This document shows positions 28,137-37,173 of a stretch of DNA of 64,000 bases, in pieces. Each line of letters opens with the position of its first letter. The first letter of the stretch is position 1. Made by a program: the position numbers and the translations under genes. Origin of the DNA: Candidatus Latescibacterota bacterium (GTDB lineage: Bacteria; Latescibacterota; UBA2968; GCA-2709665); contig CBDCOX010000002.1 of NCBI GenBank assembly GCA_965219995.1, forward strand, positions 4,544,001 to 4,608,000. The letters run 5' to 3'. A model generated the notes under the pieces. The model had not been told where the DNA came from, did not search any database, and saw only the letters and a program-made list of their open reading frames with translations.

Positions 28137-29987
28137 ATGAAAATGGTTCGAACACGATTCGCGAAGGCATACGTGTACCCCGTTGTCGGTCTGCTCGCGC
28201 TGGCCGTCGTCGTTTCTGTTTCACATCCCGCACAGGCGGAGTGTCCTCTCCCTGAGGGCGTGACGCATCCCGATAACCCGACTGTGACGGCGCAGCAGGT
28301 GGAAGACGGAAGCGCTACCGTTGAGGAGTTCGCACTGGCCGTGAGAGAGCGGTCCAGAGAATATGCCCGGGGAACGGCGACCGCCGAGCAGGGAGTATAC
28401 ATCGGATGTATCATTCGGGAGGACGACGGGATCTGGCGTTCCGGTTCCACGTACATCGTGAGCCTGACGCTCGACGGCAGAGTGTACATTCACGCGAAGA
28501 ACATGGCATTGTCCGGTAGACTGCTCAATCCGGTGATCTATGGGACTATCCTTTCCTCGCTGGGCGTACCCGTGACCACCCTGACCGACATGGCATCTAC
28601 CGACCCTGCCACCTCCGCCCAGGCTTTCGGCGCCGTAATTGCCACGTTGTCGCAGGAACCGGACGGCGCATTCGACGCGACCACCCCGATCCCGGGTCTG
28701 TCACCGGGTATACCGGGCGCTAAGGGCCACGCCGCCGTCTACGTCTCGACCAATCTGGGGTCTCCGATTGTGCTGCTCATGGGATTCGATCTCGACGAAT
28801 CTCATGTGGTTGAAGAAGAGATCGATCACGGCGACCCTGCCATCACTGCGAAAGACGTGGTGGACCGGGAGAGCTTGAAGGCCTTCGTCACGCAAGCGGG
28901 AAATTTCGTGCTGGAATTCCTGAGTTCCGGCGATGTAGCCGCCAGCTCGAAATTCAGGATCGCCCTGCGGGACCCTGACGGGCCCTGGCGACACGGTTCC
29001 GTGTATATCTACATCCTGGATATCGCCAGCAACGTCATCCTGTTTCACGCGGTGTTTCCTGACAAATACGAGTATCGGCCGTTGATTCCCACCGTCCTCG
29101 ACGCCGTGACCGGAGAGTTCATCCTGCCTCGGGTCATCGATGCGGCGAAAGGCAGCCCCGAAGGCGGCTTTATAGAGTATCACTTCGACGATCCGACGGA
29201 CGACACCGACCGCGCCGATGTCCCCAAGGTGGGCTACGCCCGCGAATTCGCCGCGGAAATCCGGAGGCCGGACGGCAGCACAGTCCCGGCCGACTTCATT
29301 GTGGGTTCGGGATTCTACGGGCGCGCAGCAGACGTCGCGACGGGCCCCAGCACGGTCGTGGAGGCCACGGTGGTGGGCGACGCGGTCGAGGGGTTGGACG
29401 TGGAGTTTGCACGCGCCATCTCCGGCCGTCAGTCGGACTATGCCTGGAGTACCATCACGGATGCTGCCGGCCTGTTCTCCCTCACCATCTCCGGCGAGGA
29501 TGGGGTGAGTGGATATTATCGGGCTCGCGCCACCAATGCCGATGGCGAGGTCGTGGGCCGCTGGAGCAGCATTCCTCTAAACGAAGGCCGCCGCCAGGTT
29601 CTGGAACTGACGCTGGGCGGCGGTGCGAGGGTTGTCCGCGTCGACCCGTTGGCGACAGCCGAGCCGGTGGCCGCCGCCAAGCCGGCTCTCGCAGGCGAGA
29701 CATTGCCGGAAGCCAGCGGTCTGGCGCCCAATTCGCCCAACCCGTTCAACAGCGCCACCCTGATAACCTACCACCTGGCCGGCCCCGGCCCCGTGAAGCT
29801 GGTGATCTACAACGTGCTGGGCCAACCCGTACGGACGCTGGCGGATGAGTCCCGGGCCGCCGGCTCCTACCAGGTGAAGTGGGACGCGCGCGACGACGGT
29901 GGTGTCCTGCTGTCCACAGGGGTCTACATCGCACGCCTGACTTATCCTGGCGGGGTGCAGACGCAACGGCTGCTCTACCTCAAGTAG
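28137..29987 (+). CDS. Secreted tandem Cache-like / T9SS-FlgD-type CTD protein, paralogue 3
   Basis: Same architecture; Ig-like part very close to paralogue 1. Confidence 0.8.
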   Translation: MKMVRTRFAKAYVYPVVGLLALAVVVSVSHPAQAECPLPEGVTHPDNPTVTAQQVEDGSATVEEFALAVRERSREYARGTATAEQGVYIGCIIREDDGIWRSGSTYIVSLTLDGRVYIHAKNMALSGRLLNPVIYGTILSSLGVPVTTLTDMASTDPATSAQAFGAVIATLSQEPDGAFDATTPIPGLSPGIPGAKGHAAVYVSTNLGSPIVLLMGFDLDESHVVEEEIDHGDPAITAKDVVDRESLKAFVTQAGNFVLEFLSSGDVAASSKFRIALRDPDGPWRHGSVYIYILDIASNVILFHAVFPDKYEYRPLIPTVLDAVTGEFILPRVIDAAKGSPEGGFIEYHFDDPTDDTDRADVPKVGYAREFAAEIRRPDGSTVPADFIVGSGFYGRAADVATGPSTVVEATVVGDAVEGLDVEFARAISGRQSDYAWSTITDAAGLFSLTISGEDGVSGYYRARATNADGEVVGRWSSIPLNEGRRQVLELTLGGGARVVRVDPLATAEPVAAAKPALAGETLPEASGLAPNSPNPFNSATLITYHLAGPGPVKLVIYNVLGQPVRTLADESRAAGSYQVKWDARDDGGVLLSTGVYIARLTYPGGVQTQRLLYLK

Positions 29988-30019
29988 CAGGGTCGGTTGG
30001 CGCAGGACGTGTTCGCCTG

Positions 30020-30090
30020 AGAACCCGTCTGGGAATACCCGTTGAGCCTTGACCACAAGGCTTGCGGGGATCTCAGACGGGTTCTTTTTT
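30020..30090 (+). terminator. Long hairpin terminator, paralogue 3
   Basis: AGAACCCGTCTGGGA...TCTCAGACGGGTTCTTTTTT. Confidence 0.75.
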
Positions 30091-30543
30091 CAATTCAGGA
30101 AGTTCGGCAGCTTCTTCTTCCGCTGACTGACAGTTCATGGTACATTGCGAACCCCGGTCGCGTGGGATCGGGATCGACTTTTCGTTCAACGTACACGCGC
30201 CCGGCCGGATCCTGCAGATGCCGGGCGCAAACATCGCGCACTGGATGACGTCACATGCGATCTTTATGACCGCCGCCGACCGGAGAATGCGCGTACACCC
30301 GTTTCCACTCGACAAAGACAGGTACACTGAAGTCGCCTACCGTGGCTGACCGGCGCATCGCTCCCGCCGGTGCCTACCCGCTCCTGGAACCCTGAATCCG
30401 GAGTCCGCCTTCAGGCAGGCGGAAGCGTCGGTCGATTCGGAATCCGTCCGATATCGTCTCAGAATCACCCACGCGGACGGCGTCATCCCCGCGGTGGTGG
30501 AATGGGTGTGACGCGGTTTCGAAGTGAAGGGACTGGATGAGGG

Positions 30544-32508
30544 ATGAACACCGACCCCGGCTTCCGTGCGCCCGATGAGGATGTCAGGGACGGCCTGACA
30601 CCGCGAGCCTTGCTTATCGGGCTTGTCCTGTGCGTGTTTCTGGGGCTGGTGCTGCCCTACAACCGCATGGTAATCCAGGGCCGGTGGTTGAACGCCTACT
30701 TCATAGACCGCGGCGCGCTGGTGCTCCTGTTCTTTCTGGTTCTCTTCGCCAATCCGCTGATCGCAGCGCTGCGGAAACGATACGCCTTTCACCGTGGCGA
30801 ACTGCTGGCCATTTACGCGATGTTTCTGTTTCTGCTGCCCGTCTCGCAGATGGTCAAGCATCTGATCTCGTACGTGACCGGCGTTACCTATTACGCCTCT
30901 CCCGAGCGTCGGGACCTGGAGGCGGTGCTGCCCAATATCGTCTCCTGGACCGCTCCGCGCGACCTTGAGGTCGTCCGGGGTCTCTACGAGGGGCTGCCCG
31001 ACGGGGTCCCGCCGCCCTGGGGGGCATGGCTCGTCCCCCTCCTCAGTTGGGGCGCATTCCTGCTTGTGCTCCTCGGGGTGCTGATCTGCCTGGCGGTTGT
31101 CATCCGGAAACAATGGGAGGACCACGAACGGTTCGCATTTCCCATCATGCAGGTCCCCCTGGAGGCGAGCGAAACCCGAAGCGGCAGGGTGGGACGCCTC
31201 TTCAGGAACCGCTTGATGTGGGCGGGCTTCGCGATTCCGTTCGTGATCGGGTCGATCAACGCCCTGCACCACTACTTCCATACGGTCCCCCGTGTCGGCC
31301 TGGTCCACGACATCTGGATCTTCGACGGTACGACGCCCTTGCGCCTCAGGCTCCACTTCGCTATTCTGGGGTACTCGTACTTCGTGAATACGGACGTGAG
31401 CCTGAGCATCTGGGTGTTCAACGTCCTCTCCAAGATTGTCCGGGGCGTGCTGGCTGTCCTTGGCGCGGAACGCTACAATGTATCGGGGGTGGTTGGCCGG
31501 TTCAGTTCCCAGGGACACGCGTCTCTGGCCCTGATGGGCATGGGATACATGATCGTCCTGGCCGCGTACAGCCTGTGGGTGGGGCGCGAACACCTGCGGC
31601 AGGTTGCGGCGAGAGCGATGGGAAGACCGTCGCAGGCGGACGACTCAGGCGAAGTGATGTCCTACCGGGCGGCGCTGACCGGAATCGGAGGTGGAACGCT
31701 GTACCTGGGAGGCTGGCTGTATCAGGCCGGGATGTCGCCGCCGGTGATTCTGGTGCTGTTCGCCTCATGCTTTGTGGTGTTTCTGGTGATGGCGCGGATT
31801 GTGAGCGAGACAGGATTCGTGACCGCGTACTCGCCCATCAATCCGGCAGAGTTCGCCGTTTGCATGGTCGGATCATCCGCTTTCAGCCCGCCCGGTCTGG
31901 TAACGCTTGGCTTCGGCTACGCATGGACGATGACGCGGACGAGCACGCTGATGCCCCGCGCCGCGGGCGCACTCTGGCTCGCCCGCAGGATACCGCGCGC
32001 GAAGGGCCTGGTCTGGGCAATGGGTCTTGCCCTGGCCGTGGGCCTGATCACCGCGAGTACGATGACGCTCAAGCTCGGTTATGCCCACGGCGGTCTCAAC
32101 CTGGACCGTCACTTTCTGGATTATGCTCGCCTGCCGTTCGATGCCTTCGTGGGCCGACGCATGCTGGAACCGAGTCCGGTCTTCACCAGAGGGTTCCTGT
32201 ATCTCGGAGTGGGGGCCGCCATTGCGGCGCTTCTGGCAGCGATGCGGGCCCGTTTCGTGTGGTGGCCGCTGCATCCGGTCGCGCTTCCCGTCAGCACGAT
32301 AGCGTATACGGACTATTTCTTTATCAATGTCTTTCTGGCCTGGGGGATCAAGAGCCTGGTGTTGAGGTTCGGAGGCGCCAGGCTCTACCGGTCGACCCGC
32401 CCGCTTTTCATGGGGATTATCCTCGGAGAGGCCGTGTGCACGGGTGTCTGGATCGCTGTCGATTCCATCACCGGAACGGTCTCGAATATGTTTTTCCCAT
32501 ATGCGTAA
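30544..32508 (+). CDS. Polytopic membrane protein, DUF6785/DUF6784-like (putative transporter)
   Basis: 654 aa with many hydrophobic helices; GLTPRALLIG, ELLAIY, PWGAW..PL, QW..HER..FP, WWPLHP, FGG.RLY...PLFMGIILG. Confidence 0.75.
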   Translation: MNTDPGFRAPDEDVRDGLTPRALLIGLVLCVFLGLVLPYNRMVIQGRWLNAYFIDRGALVLLFFLVLFANPLIAALRKRYAFHRGELLAIYAMFLFLLPVSQMVKHLISYVTGVTYYASPERRDLEAVLPNIVSWTAPRDLEVVRGLYEGLPDGVPPPWGAWLVPLLSWGAFLLVLLGVLICLAVVIRKQWEDHERFAFPIMQVPLEASETRSGRVGRLFRNRLMWAGFAIPFVIGSINALHHYFHTVPRVGLVHDIWIFDGTTPLRLRLHFAILGYSYFVNTDVSLSIWVFNVLSKIVRGVLAVLGAERYNVSGVVGRFSSQGHASLALMGMGYMIVLAAYSLWVGREHLRQVAARAMGRPSQADDSGEVMSYRAALTGIGGGTLYLGGWLYQAGMSPPVILVLFASCFVVFLVMARIVSETGFVTAYSPINPAEFAVCMVGSSAFSPPGLVTLGFGYAWTMTRTSTLMPRAAGALWLARRIPRAKGLVWAMGLALAVGLITASTMTLKLGYAHGGLNLDRHFLDYARLPFDAFVGRRMLEPSPVFTRGFLYLGVGAAIAALLAAMRARFVWWPLHPVALPVSTIAYTDYFFINVFLAWGIKSLVLRFGGARLYRSTRPLFMGIILGEAVCTGVWIAVDSITGTVSNMFFPYA

Positions 32509-32518
32509 GGCCGAGACC

Positions 32519-32646
32519 GGTGAGACGTAAGAGGGTAGACGGTAGATGAAATCCTTGCCCGGTTGGTTCTTCCTCTATGCCTCCGGCAAGAGATGATACC
32601 GAGCAGGCACTCACATCATCTCCCGTCTTACGTCTCACGTCTCCCC
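32519..32646. repeat. Dispersed element with inverted heptamer-tandem ends, copy 2 (inverted relative to copy 1)
   Basis: GGTGAGA-CGTAAGA-GGGTAGA-CGGTAGA ... TCTCCCG-TCTTACG-TCTCACG-TCTCCCC; core AAATCCTTGCCCG..TCTTCCTC.ATGCCTC shared with the reverse complement of 9155-9274. Confidence 0.8.
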
Positions 32647-32699
32647 GCCCTTAGCTTATCGCTGTCTTTCGACGACCGGATCACGGAACGGAGGGAAAA

Positions 32700-33467
32700 A
32701 TGAACTCAGTTGAAACCGCAGAACGCAGCGGCGGCACACACGCTGTCGAACTGAATCAGACCTGGGACATGGGCCGCCTGGTTGACCTGACCTGCGATTA
32801 CTTCAACGGCATGCCGGTCGATATGACCGGAACGCTGCCCTCGTTCCAAATGCGTGAACTGGACGAGGAGATGGAGGCCCTTTGCAGAGGCCGCGAGTAC
32901 CGCAGTTACACCCAGGAAGTCCGGATGTGCGTGCAGGCCGGCAACTATCTGGAAACGGGAGCGCACCTCTATCCCGATATGGAGTCGGTGGCCGACGTCG
33001 GCCTGGAACGGCTGTTTGTATCCGCCGTGGTCCTGCATATCCCAAGAGGGAGGGACGAAAAGGTAACCGCCGCCGACCTGGAGGGCGCACTGGCGGCGCT
33101 TGGCGAGACGGTCCAACCGGGGGATGGGATCCTGGTCGCCACGGGATACAACCGATTTGGCAGCAACGATGTTCGCTGCGACCTGACGCCGCACTTCAGC
33201 TACGACGCGATTGACTGGGCGGTGAGTCGAGAGCCTTCGATCCTGGCTTCGGATATGGCCAGTTGGCACGACGGGGAGGAAGAGCCCAGTTTCTGGCCCA
33301 TGCTGATGAGGTCCGGTGTGCTGGTGATCGGGTCGCTGATAAACGTGGCGGAGATAACCGCTTCCCGCATCCGGTTGATCGCCCTGCCGATGAAAATCAG
33401 AGGCGCGTGCGCGGCGCCCTGCAGGCTGATCGCCGTCCTTCCATCGCACAGGGCGGAAACCGACTGA
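32700..33467 (+). CDS. Cyclase (kynurenine formamidase-like) family protein with divergent metal motif
   Basis: LVDLT, QAGNYLETGAH (aligned to HxGTHxDAPxH), PGDGILVATG, LIALPMKI.GACAAPCR. Confidence 0.78.
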   Translation: MNSVETAERSGGTHAVELNQTWDMGRLVDLTCDYFNGMPVDMTGTLPSFQMRELDEEMEALCRGREYRSYTQEVRMCVQAGNYLETGAHLYPDMESVADVGLERLFVSAVVLHIPRGRDEKVTAADLEGALAALGETVQPGDGILVATGYNRFGSNDVRCDLTPHFSYDAIDWAVSREPSILASDMASWHDGEEEPSFWPMLMRSGVLVIGSLINVAEITASRIRLIALPMKIRGACAAPCRLIAVLPSHRAETD

Positions 33468-33528
33468 TTCGCCGGAAAGCACGTAAGCGCGGGTTGGCTA
33501 AAAAACGTCTACAATCGAGGGGCACGCC

Positions 33529-34659
33529 ATGAAAATTGAAAGAATCACCGCCCACCGGCTTCGCGAATGCGAAATCAGCATGGAGAAGTGGACGCATTTC
33601 ACGAAGTGGAAGGCGAGCGAGGACTGGATCGAGGACGAAGACTTCGGCAGGAAGTGGATATCTCCCACGTGCGTCTGTTACAATCCCACCGACGGCCTCG
33701 TGTACGTGGGGCTGACAGCGCTGGACAGGGATATCTTCTACACGTTCGACCCGCGTACCCACACCTGGGAATCCCTGAACTATCCTGGCGAACGGGACCG
33801 GTACGGCAGCAAGATCCACCAGGGCCTCGAGGTGGACGACCAGGGCCGCGTGTACGCGGGGGTCGCCACGCTGGGCGACGCAGATATCTGGCCGAAAGCC
33901 AAGGGCGGTCCGATCTTTCGGTATGACCCCCGGACCAGCGAGTATGAATTTCTGTGTATCCCGATCGAGCACGACTACGTTCAGGGGTTCGTGATGGACC
34001 GCGGCCGCGGCATCATCTACGGAGATACGTTTCCCGGAAGGAAGATGTTCCGGTACGATATCGGAAGCGGCAGCGCACGGGTGCTGACCATGCTGGGCGA
34101 CGTTTCCACCGAGCATCTGGCGCTGGACGCGGACGGAGGCGCCTGGCATACGTACGAACTGATGCAGTGGGCCGGGAGGTATCCGCTTCTGCGCTACGAT
34201 CCGGACCGCGACGAGATCGAATTCACGAACGTGGATCTGCCGGATGTATCGCCCGGAATCAAGGGTTCGAATCAAATGGACACGGCGCTGCTGACGGAGG
34301 ACGGGACGCTGTACATCGGCACATCCGCCGGGGCGCTGGTGCAACTGGACCACCGGGGTCCCGAAGTGAACGTGACGTATCTCGGAAAGCCATACGTCGC
34401 GCCGCGTATGAAGGGATTGGTCGAGGGTCCGGACGGGCTGATCTACGGCGTCAGCGGCGGAGACTACGACACGCACTTCTTCACGTACGACCGCAAGACG
34501 GGGTTGTTCGACGATCTGGGGCCGATCCGGGATACGCGGGACGGGACGCGGTGCTGGCTGGCGCATCATATGTGCATGGTGGACGCGAAGACGTTCATCG
34601 TGGCCGAATCCGACAACCACTTCCGCGCGAGTTTTCTCTTCAAGGTGGAGTTGGAGTAG
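33529..34659 (+). CDS. Hypothetical beta-propeller protein
   Basis: Repeated DG.VY.G / IFRYDP / LYIGT blade motifs. Confidence 0.65.
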   Translation: MKIERITAHRLRECEISMEKWTHFTKWKASEDWIEDEDFGRKWISPTCVCYNPTDGLVYVGLTALDRDIFYTFDPRTHTWESLNYPGERDRYGSKIHQGLEVDDQGRVYAGVATLGDADIWPKAKGGPIFRYDPRTSEYEFLCIPIEHDYVQGFVMDRGRGIIYGDTFPGRKMFRYDIGSGSARVLTMLGDVSTEHLALDADGGAWHTYELMQWAGRYPLLRYDPDRDEIEFTNVDLPDVSPGIKGSNQMDTALLTEDGTLYIGTSAGALVQLDHRGPEVNVTYLGKPYVAPRMKGLVEGPDGLIYGVSGGDYDTHFFTYDRKTGLFDDLGPIRDTRDGTRCWLAHHMCMVDAKTFIVAESDNHFRASFLFKVELE

Positions 34660-34678
34660 GTTCGGAAAGAGGAACCGG

Positions 34679-35239
34679 ATGGTCCTGATTGCGATCGGTG
34701 GATTTCCGGGCGCCGGAAAGACGACGATTTGCCGCAGACTCTCAAATGAATTCAATCTGCCCTGCTTGAGTTCTGATACAATCGGTCGCGCAATAACAGA
34801 GTCGAAGGGTATCGGAGACAGCGGAATCGACGCTTTCCGGGTTGCCTACGACGTCCTCTTTCGCCTATGCGAGGAGTTCGTCCAGTCCTCTGCCAGCGTG
34901 ATTCTCGACCTGACCCTGGGATGGGATTTCCATTGGCGGCGACTTGACGAGATTTTCCGCCGGCATCCCCGTACTTTGTTTCTTCCCGTCATCCTTCGCT
35001 GTCCGCACGAACAGTGTATCGAACGAATCCGGATGAGATACGAGGCGATGCCGCACGCATACGAGGAACCGGAATACTACACCGGCCAGCAAAGGGTACG
35101 GGATATCTGGGATTATCTGGAGGCCATCGATCGACCTGAGGTCCGCTTCGTGGATGCCCGCGGAGAAGAGGAGCAGGTATATCGCGAAGTAAAACAATAT
35201 GTTATGGATCGGATTCAGAAACGGAGCGGAATGCGTTGA
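34679..35239 (+). CDS. Small P-loop kinase (AAA_33-like)
   Basis: GFPGAGKTT Walker A, SSD, VILD, RI..R lid. Confidence 0.8.
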   Translation: MVLIAIGGFPGAGKTTICRRLSNEFNLPCLSSDTIGRAITESKGIGDSGIDAFRVAYDVLFRLCEEFVQSSASVILDLTLGWDFHWRRLDEIFRRHPRTLFLPVILRCPHEQCIERIRMRYEAMPHAYEEPEYYTGQQRVRDIWDYLEAIDRPEVRFVDARGEEEQVYREVKQYVMDRIQKRSGMR

Positions 35240-35430
35240 GTGGTATCCAATGATCGAAAACGCCTCTTGGGGACGCAGAATGCATCGGATGTAAAGGCTT
35301 GAAGTAGATACTTTGCGTGCATGCCGCCGTTCTGATTCGGACGTCTCAAGCGGAGCGCAATCAAAAGCGGGAATCCCGTGGCTCCCGGAAGGGCTGCGGG
35401 ATCTCATTGTTATACATAAACGGGCTGAAA

Positions 35431-35594
35431 GGGTGGGGCAGACATTCCTGTCTGCCGACGTGTGCTGAACCTGTCATCCTGAGAAAGCCGCCGGGGAAAC
35501 GAGGCCTCCGCGCATACGGGTCGGTGAAAGCTTACGCTGCACGTCAAGCCGGGAAGACGGGAGATTCTTCGCTGCGCTCAGAATGACATGTTTT
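35431..35594. repeat. 164 bp composite REP-like repeat, copy 1
   Basis: GTGGGGCAGACATTCCTGTCTGCC palindrome plus TGTCATCCTGAG...CTCAGAATGACA inverted ends; near-identical to 36040-36203. Confidence 0.88.
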
Positions 35595-35818
35595 TACAAT
35601 AGCCATAAGCGGAGAGTTTCGGTCATGCCTTCGCCAAACCTGTCATCCTGAGGAAGCCGTCCTGGCTGCCAGCGATTCATCGGCAGGCAGGCTGACGAAG
35701 GATCTACTGCGGCATCGCTTGATGACCTGACGACTGGCATTCAAACGACGAAATAAGCGGCACGTTTGCGCCCACACAGTCAGCCGAGGTGGCGCGTGTG
35801 TCGATGGGGTCCCGATAT

Positions 35819-35894
35819 ACGGGCATTTCGACATTTCGACAAGCTTACTTCGGCAGGCTCAGCACAAGCAATGCAGGCATGCTCAATGACCACG
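35819..35894. repeat. Nested TTCGACAAGCTCA-family palindromic repeats
   Basis: ACGGGCATTTCGACA...GCTCAATGACCACG is the reverse complement of 52426-52455, interrupted by further partial units. Confidence 0.7.
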
Positions 35895-35962
35895 TTTTGG
35901 TAGGAGTTTCTCAGCGTCGTTTAGAATGTCATGTTGGCCGTTCATTTCCGTCGCGGGAAGCC

Positions 35963-35988
35963 GGGCGCCCACAAGGGACGCCCCTACA
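35963..35988 (-). repeat. GTAG-type REP palindrome
   Basis: Reverse complement reads TGTAGGGGCGTCCCTTGTGGGCGCCC. Confidence 0.65.
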
Positions 35989-36039
35989 CGGGGCAGGGGG
36001 AGTCACGTCCAGGTGGAGACGATGAGGAAGCCGTTGTGA

Positions 36040-36203
36040 GGGTGGGGCAGACATTCCTGTCTGCCGACGTGTGCTGAACCTGTCATCCTGAGGAAGCCGC
36101 CAGGGAAACCAGCCCCCCGCGCATACGGGTCGGTGAAAACTTCCGCTGTACGTCAAGCCGGGAAGACGGGAGATTCTTCGCTCCGCTCAGAATGACATGT
36201 TTT
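36040..36203. repeat. 164 bp composite REP-like repeat, copy 2
   Basis: Direct repeat of 35431-35594 with few substitutions. Confidence 0.88.
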
Positions 36204-36284
36204 GCAATGACCAATGGCAAAACAGAATCCCGCCGCCCGCAGAGGGCCGACGGGATTTAACCTTCCGGCTCAGGTAATCGAGAT

Positions 36285-36539
36285 TCACTTGATGATTTTG
36301 AGTCGCTTCAGGTCGTCTTCCGACCAACCTATGCTATCCAGAATACCCTTCAGGATTTTTGGACCGAAAGTTTCCTTTGGATGATAATGAATAACCACCC
36401 GCTTGCCGTTATGATAAAATGGCCTGGTGGCGCTTCTGCTTCGTTCCTCTTCCCACCCATCCGCCCTCATCGCGCGCATGAGTTTCTCGACCGAAATTGC
36501 CCTTATCTGGCTCCAGACATGCTTGACATAGACGGCCAT
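36285..36539 (-). CDS. HicA-family toxin
   Basis: 85-codon basic protein: LMRAMRADGW..RS.S..FYH.GKRVVIHYHPKETFGPKILKGIL. Confidence 0.78.
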   Translation of the reverse strand: MAVYVKHVWSQIRAISVEKLMRAMRADGWEEERSRSATRPFYHNGKRVVIHYHPKETFGPKILKGILDSIGWSEDDLKRLKIIK

Positions 36540-36832
36540 GTCAATCCTGTCCATTCGTTGGGCCGAGAGTTCGAAGGCTCTCCAATGCTGGCGAAGCCCA
36601 TATCCAGGTCTTCGACCTTTTCAATGATCAAGTCCGGCCCAACAGGCAGGGACTCTCCGTGTCTCTTCAGCGAATCCAAATAGGCCCTGATTCCCTCTCT
36701 TGTTCGCCGCAGGGCTTCCTTTCTGGTTGGCCCGTCTATATGTAGGCCCGGAAGGGCCGGTGCGTGGACGTAGAATTGATCCTCGTCCGGTTCTACGATG
36801 ACCCGGACGCGAATCTTATAGCGGGCGTGCAT
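36503..36832 (-). CDS. HicB-family antitoxin (short form)
   Basis: VIVEPDEDQFYVHAPALPGLHIDG.T.KEAL....EGI.AYL.SL...GE.LP. Confidence 0.85.
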   Translation of the reverse strand: MHARYKIRVRVIVEPDEDQFYVHAPALPGLHIDGPTRKEALRRTREGIRAYLDSLKRHGESLPVGPDLIIEKVEDLDMGFASIGEPSNSRPNEWTGLTWPSMSSMSGAR

Positions 36833-37173
36833 ATTTCACCGTCCTTTGGGCTTTTCATTTCATTCGGGTTCGCGGGAAGTACCTTCTTGCAGGTGTTCGA
36901 TCTTGCGAGACGGAATTCTAATCTTCCATTTCCTTGTGTAGAGAAGTGGCGTGCGATTCAGGTCGGCGGACCGTGTCTTAGACAAATATACCAAATGAAG
37001 GAGCGTGATGTCAATTCTCAGTTTCCCGCGATCCGTGAATCGCACTTGTACCCTTTATTCCACTGTCCCCGAAGCGGGACGTTTTCGTTTGCCGGGAGAA
37101 AGGTTAACGGTTATTTTTATTATGACTTATTCAGTGCATCGTCTTCAATCGTCGCGATCGGAGACCGTTTGAC

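Noticed and set aside
23869-29987. Diversity-generating retroelement targets or chemoreceptors
   Set aside because: No reverse transcriptase or template/variable repeat pair with adenine-specific differences was seen; no TM, HAMP or MCP domains.
30347-30349. Selenocysteine read-through at the in-frame TGA
   Set aside because: No redox motif context and no convincing SECIS hairpin.
35431-36203. CRISPR array or IS element
   Set aside because: Only two long copies, no regular repeat-spacer period, and no cas or transposase gene.
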